This document shows positions 44,628 to 51,082 of a stretch of 55,028 bases of DNA, piece by piece. Below the pieces are notes generated by a model. That model was not told the DNA's origin, ran no database searches, and was given only the letters and a program-made list of their open reading frames with translations. Position numbers and translations under genes: made by a program. How positions within the stretch are numbered: position 1 is the stretch's first letter; each line of letters opens with the position of its first letter. The stretch spans positions 1 to 55,028 of IMG/VR virus record IMGVR_UViG_3300025832_000011. One strand, written 5' to 3'. The stretch is from a virus (lineage: Duplodnaviria > Caudoviricetes).

Positions 44628-46742
44628 TCAGTCCTTTTTGAAAACCTTGGTCGTGAACCCTGCCGAACCGAGCGGGAGATCAAGCGCCCAGCGAGGGTGT
44701 TCTTCCATGCACTCGATCAAGAGAGTCAGATCACGGTCGGCCTTGCTCTCTTCTGTCAGGCAAACAATCTGGTCGTGAACGTGGAGCCGGATGTCCAACT
44801 GATACCGCTTGTGTGCCAGCATCATGCCGTTCGCCAACAGGTCGCGGCTGATCGCTTGGTCCACGTTCTCCGTCAGCTTGCCGGGGTGCGTCTGCTGCCT
44901 GACCCACTGCTTCCGATCATTCAGGCCCATATAGGTGATGGTGTCCTTCATGTCGCCCCATGGGGCCTTCTTCTGCTCGATCTTAGGCTCTTTGTAGTGT
45001 AGGTGCCGACCCGATGGCAGCTTGATCCTCATGTATGGACCCTTGAGGTCAAAAGTGACCTGATCGAACTTCTGCGGCTTTCCTGTTTTGATGCACTTCA
45101 TGGCTGCCCGTTCGATGGCGTACCAATAGGATTTCACTTCCTTAAATTCCCGGCGGAACGTGTCCACGCTCAGCTTGGACTCCTCGTGGGTGAAGTGCTT
45201 CACGCCCATGCCCCAAGCGTACCCAAGGAGACCTGTCGCTTCGATCTCTCCGGTTGTCAGGTCCTCGTAGGTCTGGCCGGGGCCGAGCATGTACCCACAT
45301 CCCAGCACGCCGGGCTTCGCAATGGTCCGCTTGGCGCTGTCACCAGCTTTGTACTCTGCGATCAGCTTGTCATACGGCTGGTGGAACAGATAGGTGGCGA
45401 AGTCCACATAGGGGTCGCGGCCCTTCTCGAACACGTCGAGGATTTTCTGGCACCGAGCCATCCAGCCAAGCACCCTGTTCTCGATGGCGTTGAGGTCTGC
45501 GTCGATGAACATCTGGCCCTCGGGGGCCTGCGCTGCCGGGCGGATACAGGAGGCCAGCACGTCGAAAGTGTTGGGATAGATCATCTCGATTGATTCGCGG
45601 TCCAGCTTCTCGATGTTGGCCGCATGAATCTCGATGCCCTTCTCGTACCGCTTCTCGGGGCGTGGGAGGTTCTGCGCCTGAAAGAGCCGACCTGCCCAGC
45701 GTGCCGTGCGCTGCGCTCCGGCGAACTGCAAGGTGTACCGGAGCAGTCCGTGCTGGCCGTTGCCAACTGGGTCCGTGGCCTTCTGCAAGGCGTGGAATTT
45801 CTTGATCGAAGACCGTGAGAGTTCAAGCCGCATGTCGAGGGCCTGCATGAGTTCTTCGTTGTACTGGTACTCCATCCACTGCATCTCGTCCCAATGGTCT
45901 GGCTTCTTATCGAAGTACGACCGAGCCTGCTTGACGTGGCCTTTCTTCAGGTCGTCAAACGGGTATCCTTGGGCTTGGAGCCACGGGAGCAACTGCTTCG
46001 GGGACATAGGGTTCCCGAGGTGTGTCACCTCCTGCATTTGCTGGAATCCGATAGCGTAGGACTCGTCGTAAAGCCGAACAGCATTGTGGACCATACCGAG
46101 GTTGATCGGCAGGCCCTTCCGGTTGATCATCTGGTCCAGTTCCCACAATTCCCATTCGTGGGCTGGGGGTGCGTAGGGGTCGATCAGCTTCTTGATCTCA
46201 TACTCTGCACGGGTGTCGCCTCTGTTGTATTCCAGATAGCCTTCCCAATCTTCCATGGCTTCGTACCAGTGAGTTCGGATCATCTGGCCCATGGTGGCTT
46301 TCCGGCGCGACTTCGACCGCATCGAGAACTTGCGCATGAGTTTGCGGCCCGTGTCCATCTTCAGCTTTTCCATGGGGATGCCGACCGCAGGGCCAGCTTT
46401 CTCCAAGGAGCCGGGGTAGGCGCAAAGCTGCGCCATCGCCATGGTGCATCGCCACTGTGCGACATCCACAGGGATGCCCAGACAGTTCTCGGTGATGTTC
46501 ATCTCGAAAGGTGCGTTCCATGCCCAAGTCGTAACTTCAGGATCGACAAAAGCCTCTTTGAGGATTTTTGGCATCTCCTGTCCTTCGGCAGGAATCCACT
46601 GCTGCATTGGTCCACCGTCTATCATGAACGCTGCCATGAGGACTTCGGTACTCTCGTGGCGGGAATAGACATCGGACCCAACTTTCGTAAGGTCTGTGTC
46701 AGAAAAAGTTTCAAAATCAATGTTCATGACGGACTTAGACAT
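44628..46742 (-). CDS. DNA polymerase family A (3'-5' exonuclease + polymerase)
   Basis: IDFET, NA.FE, T.RWAG...Q.QNLPR, motif A DLNAIENR, motif B RTIAKPGVLGCGY, motif C HVHDQ. Confidence 0.93.
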   Translation of the reverse strand: MSKSVMNIDFETFSDTDLTKVGSDVYSRHESTEVLMAAFMIDGGPMQQWIPAEGQEMPKILKEAFVDPEVTTWAWNAPFEMNITENCLGIPVDVAQWRCTMAMAQLCAYPGSLEKAGPAVGIPMEKLKMDTGRKLMRKFSMRSKSRRKATMGQMIRTHWYEAMEDWEGYLEYNRGDTRAEYEIKKLIDPYAPPAHEWELWELDQMINRKGLPINLGMVHNAVRLYDESYAIGFQQMQEVTHLGNPMSPKQLLPWLQAQGYPFDDLKKGHVKQARSYFDKKPDHWDEMQWMEYQYNEELMQALDMRLELSRSSIKKFHALQKATDPVGNGQHGLLRYTLQFAGAQRTARWAGRLFQAQNLPRPEKRYEKGIEIHAANIEKLDRESIEMIYPNTFDVLASCIRPAAQAPEGQMFIDADLNAIENRVLGWMARCQKILDVFEKGRDPYVDFATYLFHQPYDKLIAEYKAGDSAKRTIAKPGVLGCGYMLGPGQTYEDLTTGEIEATGLLGYAWGMGVKHFTHEESKLSVDTFRREFKEVKSYWYAIERAAMKCIKTGKPQKFDQVTFDLKGPYMRIKLPSGRHLHYKEPKIEQKKAPWGDMKDTITYMGLNDRKQWVRQQTHPGKLTENVDQAISRDLLANGMMLAHKRYQLDIRLHVHDQIVCLTEESKADRDLTLLIECMEEHPRWALDLPLGSAGFTTKVFKKD

Positions 46743-46762
46743 ACGCTTGCTCCCAAACTGCT

Positions 46763-46787
46763 GAGTACACCACGCTCCTGTGTACTC
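46763..46787 (-). promoter_or_regulatory. Hairpin just upstream of the DNA polymerase RBS
   Basis: GAGTACAC-N9-GTGTACTC perfect 8-bp stem, 20 nt before ATG 46742. Confidence 0.55.
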
Positions 46788-46809
46788 CTAATAGGCATCC
46801 AAAATTCCA

Positions 46810-46992
46810 TTAGCTTTTCCTTCTGAGCATAAACAGCAAGATCACCATGATCACGAAGTTGGCGAAGGGCCACAGAACAACACAGAGAACGTATGTAATC
46901 TTCAGCGCGAGGTTCTTCTTCTTGCCCTTCTCGGTCATGTACAAAAGCTGAACCATGACCATGGCCCCCATGATCCACAGAAATACAATCAT
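46810..46992 (-). CDS. Small two-TM membrane protein
   Basis: ATG 46992 (ATGA overlap); MIVFLWIMGAMVMVQLLY...VLCVVLWPFANFVIMVILLF. Confidence 0.6.
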   Translation of the reverse strand: MIVFLWIMGAMVMVQLLYMTEKGKKKNLALKITYVLCVVLWPFANFVIMVILLFMLRRKS

Positions 46993-47261
46993 TCCATGAT
47001 CTTCGTTCGGACCCGGTTCTCTGGTGGGCATATTCTCATGCTGGCCTTCCCGTCGCTGAGAATTACACGACCGGAATCCGTGAAGCACGTTACGCCTGTG
47101 ACTTCCATCCAGTTGCCATAGAAGTCTTCGACCCACATGCCGGGCTGCACGTTCTTGGCCAAGCGCGAGACTACCCGACCGGGCTTCTCTTCGCGGACTT
47201 CAGTTTGCTCTTGGATCGCTTTGCGCAGGTCCAAGAACATTTGTTCTATCGTTTTGGGCAT
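46989..47261 (-). CDS. Hypothetical protein
   Basis: 90 aa, GGGGA RBS. Confidence 0.7.
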   Translation of the reverse strand: MPKTIEQMFLDLRKAIQEQTEVREEKPGRVVSRLAKNVQPGMWVEDFYGNWMEVTGVTCFTDSGRVILSDGKASMRICPPENRVRTKIME

Positions 47262-47282
47262 GTCTGGTCCCCATGCTGAGTT

Positions 47283-47435
47283 CTATCTCTTGGGTTTCTT
47301 CGGAGGCTTCGGCTTCGGCTTCGGATTCGGCTTCGGCTCTTCGGGCTTTGTCTGTTCGATCAACAGGTCTAGCTTGACGCTGATCTCCCCCAACACGGTG
47401 ATGATCTTCTCTGTGCTGCGTGACATATAATCCAT
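47283..47435 (-). CDS. 50-aa protein with Pro-Lys repeat tail (not in ORF track)
   Basis: MDYMSRSTEKIITVLGEISVKLDLLIEQTKPEEPKPNPKPKPKPPKKPKR*. Confidence 0.55.
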   Translation of the reverse strand: MDYMSRSTEKIITVLGEISVKLDLLIEQTKPEEPKPNPKPKPKPPKKPKR

Positions 47436-47462
47436 CGTATTCGGCCTTCCGGATGGTAGAAG

Positions 47463-47484
47463 GGGGGCCAGTTGCCCGGCCCCC
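47463..47484 (-). terminator. GCAA-loop hairpin after SSB gene
   Basis: GGGGGCCGG-GCAA-CTGGCCCCC, weak U tract. Confidence 0.55.
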
Positions 47485-47490
47485 AGAGAC

Positions 47491-48177
47491 TTAGATCAGG
47501 CTGTCTTCGCCGTCACCCTCTGTCTCAATGTCGTCTTCGATGTCGCCCTCGTAAGACACGTCATCATCATCCAACAGATCGTCAGGATCGCCACCACGGT
47601 TCGCAAACGGCTCACCGTCACGGAGGAACTGGACCGTCGAAAAGGAAGCGTTGATGCGGTTGGGCATCTTGCGCTTCGGGTCTTTCTTCTGTCCGTACAG
47701 TTCAACGATCCCGTTGACATAGCACCCAGCATAAGGTGCGCCCTTGCGACCCTCTTCCGCTTCCAACCACTTGTCGTCGGAACCTTTACGGTTCGTGATG
47801 ACCCGTGGCGGGTACTTCGCGGGGCTTGAGCAGGACAGGATATAGTGCCCGGCATACTCGTCCCGAGGAGTCTGGAAGTGATCGTCGTTGTCGCCGTCTT
47901 TGAAGCACGTCATGGACGCGGGAATCTTCGGCCAATCGGCCTCGGACTCGCCCCATGCTTTGCGCTTCGCTTCCCGAGACCCTGCTTTGATCAGCGCCAA
48001 GATCGCCTTCAAATTGGGGTTATCTTCCTTCGGGATCATGAGGACACAGTTGAAGGTCTTACGGGTCGTACCGTCATCGTTCTCCTGCTCCTGCGGTTCG
48101 AAGATGTGCGGGAACGACAAGCGTGCCCCTTTCACAACAACAGTACGCGGGTCTTTCTTCTTTTTCTCAGTAGCCAT
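47491..48177 (-). CDS. DUF2815 single-stranded DNA-binding protein
   Basis: ARLSFPHIF, DGD, YAGCYVN, VQFLRDGEPF, acidic tail; ATG 48177. Confidence 0.88.
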   Translation of the reverse strand: MATEKKKKDPRTVVVKGARLSFPHIFEPQEQENDDGTTRKTFNCVLMIPKEDNPNLKAILALIKAGSREAKRKAWGESEADWPKIPASMTCFKDGDNDDHFQTPRDEYAGHYILSCSSPAKYPPRVITNRKGSDDKWLEAEEGRKGAPYAGCYVNGIVELYGQKKDPKRKMPNRINASFSTVQFLRDGEPFANRGGDPDDLLDDDDVSYEGDIEDDIETEGDGEDSLI

Positions 48178-48196
48178 GTTTTTCGTTCTTTCAGGT

Positions 48197-49513
48197 TTAT
48201 AGGAGTTCATCGAACTCGTCGGGGGTTTCCTCGTACATCTCGTCCAGCAAGTCGTCGTCGCTGGGGATCGCTGCACGCGGGTCGGTTTCGGGAACCAGTA
48301 TCGGTTTGCTGTCGCCTTGGACAACGTGCCGTTCATACCGGGTCTGGTATGCTGCTTTCCCTACTTCGTCCTCGACCATAGTCGGGGAGCGGAGTTTCTT
48401 GGTCCATGCCTCTTCCTTGAGATCATGCTCCAGTAATATCTGTGCCTTGTTGGCATCCTTCCACCGCCTTGCCCCAGAGCGACCCGGAACACGCTTCAGA
48501 CCGGGCGTAGGTAAGCCTCGGGATGCGTCTTCCATCGCCTCTTCGTGCAGTTGCTTGAGTAAGCTGGTGATCAGCTTCTCGTGCAGCAAAATCTGCGATC
48601 TCTGCTCCGGCGTCAAGGCCCTGCGATCCACGAGGTCGGGTTCGGCCCCGATCATGAGATCATCTTCCAGTTCGTCCAGTTGCAGGTCGATCAGATCGGC
48701 GGCGTACTCGATCCGAGTCTTGCATGTGTTGAAGAACGCCGCCTTGCAGAACTTGCACTGCTTCTCGCCGGGGGTGCGCGGCTGACCGGGCAACAACGTC
48801 TGATCGGCCAGCTTGCGGATGCGCTTCAGTTCCTTCAGGAGCGGCCCCAGCTTCGTGCGCCAGACGCCACCCCCACCGGGGGCACGGGGCTGCTCGATGA
48901 TGATCACCACTTCGATGTCGTCACGGGCTTCTTCCCACGTCTGATACTTGTCCCCCGTCTCGCCCAACTCGTATGCGTCACGGAACCGATCATGTGCGAA
49001 CGTGTCCCAGACGCCGCCCGTGTAGAGCGTAGCCTGTTCGTTGTGCTCAGGGCTGACCGGAACACCAGCGCCCCACTTCCAATCGAACGTGGTCAACATC
49101 CATTCGATGGGGTTGATCACGAAAGCGTCAGCAGTGCCGCTCTCGTCATCGCCCACCCAATTCGCAAGGTTCACACGCCGTTCTACGTAGAGTTCGGCAC
49201 CGGGAGTATCAGCCAAGGCCCAGACCATATCGAGGCCAGAGACCATCTTATTCGCCATCTCTGCGGTGAACTCCCGATAGGCTCCATCCTCGCAGAGCAT
49301 CCGGTCGCCCACGAGGGGCCACGGGTCCAGACCGAGTTCGAGACAGTCCGCAGCGTAGTCGTGGAAGACCGTGCCCTGAATAGCCTCTTCGCCTGCCGTA
49401 TCTTTCAGCCCCTCTTCCTCTTCAACAGAGCCGAGGCAACGCACCCAACGGTGCGCTGTCGAAGGCGACCTCTTGGAGTGGAAGCCGGGGACTTTGATCG
49501 GTTCAGGCAGCAT
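48197..49513 (-). CDS. DUF2800 Cas4-like PD-(D/E)XK exonuclease
   Basis: HS..SPS.AHRW..C.GS, GT..H, GTAD, DWKWG.GV.V, N.Q..LY, QPR, QCKFCKA...C. Confidence 0.88.
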   Translation of the reverse strand: MLPEPIKVPGFHSKRSPSTAHRWVRCLGSVEEEEGLKDTAGEEAIQGTVFHDYAADCLELGLDPWPLVGDRMLCEDGAYREFTAEMANKMVSGLDMVWALADTPGAELYVERRVNLANWVGDDESGTADAFVINPIEWMLTTFDWKWGAGVPVSPEHNEQATLYTGGVWDTFAHDRFRDAYELGETGDKYQTWEEARDDIEVVIIIEQPRAPGGGGVWRTKLGPLLKELKRIRKLADQTLLPGQPRTPGEKQCKFCKAAFFNTCKTRIEYAADLIDLQLDELEDDLMIGAEPDLVDRRALTPEQRSQILLHEKLITSLLKQLHEEAMEDASRGLPTPGLKRVPGRSGARRWKDANKAQILLEHDLKEEAWTKKLRSPTMVEDEVGKAAYQTRYERHVVQGDSKPILVPETDPRAAIPSDDDLLDEMYEETPDEFDELL

Positions 49514-49734
49514 TACAGCAAGTCCTCGTCGTCGATGGCCTCGAACAGATCGTCACCCTCTTCCATCTTCTGCTCTTCGGCGAGATGGTGAAGCAGAGCA
49601 ACTGCGTGGCTCAAGGTTGTGGCATAGTCGAACTGGTTCGCGGCTATTGCTCCGTCGCGGACCTCGATAACAGCCTGCCGGATTCCCATGATGGCTTCGG
49701 AGTCGAAGTCTTGGTCGTCGATTGTAATGGGCAT
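49513..49734 (-). CDS. Hypothetical acidic protein ending DDEDLL
   Basis: 73 aa, GGAGG RBS, TAATG coupling. Confidence 0.7.
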   Translation of the reverse strand: MPITIDDQDFDSEAIMGIRQAVIEVRDGAIAANQFDYATTLSHAVALLHHLAEEQKMEEGDDLFEAIDDEDLL

Positions 49735-49862
49735 TATCTGTGGCCCTCCGAGGCTGGTTTACCGTCGCTCTCCCACTTGTGGCGGGCGATGGCCATGTCC
49801 CGGATCAGGCTGTGCGCCGATGTCGGGTTCGTCGTCATGACTTTGATCGGTTCAGGCAGCAT
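49734..49862 (-). CDS. 42-aa ORF starting with the same 8 codons as the DUF2800 gene
   Basis: MLPEPIKVMTTNPTSAHSL...; coupled to next gene. Confidence 0.55.
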   Translation of the reverse strand: MLPEPIKVMTTNPTSAHSLIRDMAIARHKWESDGKPASEGHR

Positions 49863-50121
49863 CGAAGACCTGCTCGAAACGCTTATCGCCGTTGCTGCGA
49901 TTGGCGAAGAAATTGTCAACTGAGCGCACGCACAGGACAGGGTTATCTTCGCGGACGTGGGCCAGACCCCAATGGTCTTCTTCCCCCAGCCAGCAGCACT
50001 CTACGATCTTGTAGACGTGGCCGTTTCCTGAGTGTTTCCAACGAGTTCCGATCAGATCGGTCGGGGCCACGCGCATCCGTTCATCGAGCGTCTGGTGGCT
50101 GAAATTCGGGTCCTTGGGCAT
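49852..50121 (-). CDS. DUF1653-like small beta-barrel protein
   Basis: GTRWKH.GNGHVYKIV...VR..DNFF....KRF; ATG 50121 with AAAGGA RBS. Confidence 0.65.
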   Translation of the reverse strand: MPKDPNFSHQTLDERMRVAPTDLIGTRWKHSGNGHVYKIVECCWLGEEDHWGLAHVREDNPVLCVRSVDNFFANRSNGDKRFEQVFDAA

Positions 50122-50214
50122 ATCTTGTCCTTTGGTCAGGAGGGCTGTTTCGACCCCACGCACGTCCCGTGACCGAACGTGGGGTCAGGATGCTACGAGG
50201 CACCCAGAAGACGA

Positions 50215-50604
50215 TTACATGAGGTCGCCGTCTTCTTCTTCTTCCCCGCCGCCGAAGGGGTCTTCACCCGCTTTGTACTGTTCCAAGAGCGCAAGCGCCT
50301 CTTCATAGTCACTGGCTTCGAGGTTTGAGATACGATCTACGCTGAAGTGCGTGATGATCGCTTTGGCCGCTGCCTTGGCACTCTCACGTTCGTCCTTGTC
50401 CCCTGTCTTCAGGAACTCGCCGAACGCGGAGATGACATCATCGGCTGTCGGGCCTTTCTTGGCCGCAGGCTTTTTCGCCGCCGCCGCCTTGGCTGCTGGT
50501 TTCGCTGCTGGTTTCGCCGGGGCTTTAGCTTCGCCCCCTGCGAGGGCTGCGGTGTTCGCTTCGACCGCTGCGGTCAGTGCTGTGATTGCTGCTTCGAGAG
50601 ACAT
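50215..50604 (-). CDS. Chi-like Ala/Lys-rich protein with acidic tail
   Basis: MSLEAAITALTAAVEANT...KPAAKPAAK...EEEEDGDLM; ATG 50604. Confidence 0.8.
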   Translation of the reverse strand: MSLEAAITALTAAVEANTAALAGGEAKAPAKPAAKPAAKAAAAKKPAAKKGPTADDVISAFGEFLKTGDKDERESAKAAAKAIITHFSVDRISNLEASDYEEALALLEQYKAGEDPFGGGEEEEDGDLM

Positions 50605-50640
50605 GATGGTCCTTCCCATGGTTTCTGTCTTTGGAGCCTG

Positions 50641-50700
50641 ATACATAGGATCGGACGCATGGGGTTGTCAACCCCCTGTTGACCATCTATATGGTGATTA
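50641..50700. promoter_or_regulatory. Divergent promoter/operator region
   Basis: Palindrome GGGGTTG-T-CAACCCC (50661-50675) containing - strand TTGACA; + strand TTGACC with ACCAT-CTAT-ATGGT. Confidence 0.65.
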
Positions 50701-50718
50701 AGCAAAATGGAGAATGTA

Positions 50719-51012
50719 ATGCCCACCTATAAGAAACCCTCGGACGCTGCGAGCAAGTTGCACCAGCTTTTACTGACGGCTGTGCCTCCCAATAAGCATG
50801 GGAACAAGACCCTGACCGAATTGGCCCGCCTCACTAAACTCTCAAAATGGGCGATTCGCAAATGGATTAACAACGAGAAATTGTCCCCTGAGCGCGCCAT
50901 GCAGATCGTCAACATATCGAAGATCACGGGATATGATGTGGATGGTAAACCGATTCTTGGCATGGCTCGTGTCAAGCTAATTGATTTCCACGAGTTCGTT
51001 TACAAAGACTAA
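50719..51012 (+). CDS. Cro-like HTH regulator
   Basis: LTELARLTKLSKWAIRKWI...LSPERAMQI; GGAG RBS before ATG 50719. Confidence 0.8.
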   Translation: MPTYKKPSDAASKLHQLLLTAVPPNKHGNKTLTELARLTKLSKWAIRKWINNEKLSPERAMQIVNISKITGYDVDGKPILGMARVKLIDFHEFVYKD

Positions 51013-51082
51013 AGCCCCAGCCTAATCTGACCGGGCCGTCTCCTGACCGGGCGTATCCCCTTTGTAACGAATAGGACCTGCA

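Larger units (their letters stand above)
49490..49862. repeat. 24-bp exact direct repeat pair
   Basis: GACTTTGATCGGTTCAGGCAGCAT at 49490-49513 and 49839-49862. Confidence 0.92.

Noticed and set aside
48197-49513. Cas4 as part of a CRISPR-Cas system
   Set aside because: DUF2800 is a standard replication-module nuclease beside SSB and PolA; no other cas genes or array
50140-50195. Hammerhead ribozyme (CUGA...stem...GAAA on - strand)
   Set aside because: Core lacks the CUGANGA spacing and no stem I/III with cleavage triplet was found
51027-51052. CTGACCGGGC direct repeat upstream of primase
   Set aside because: Only two 10-bp GC-rich copies; too weak to interpret
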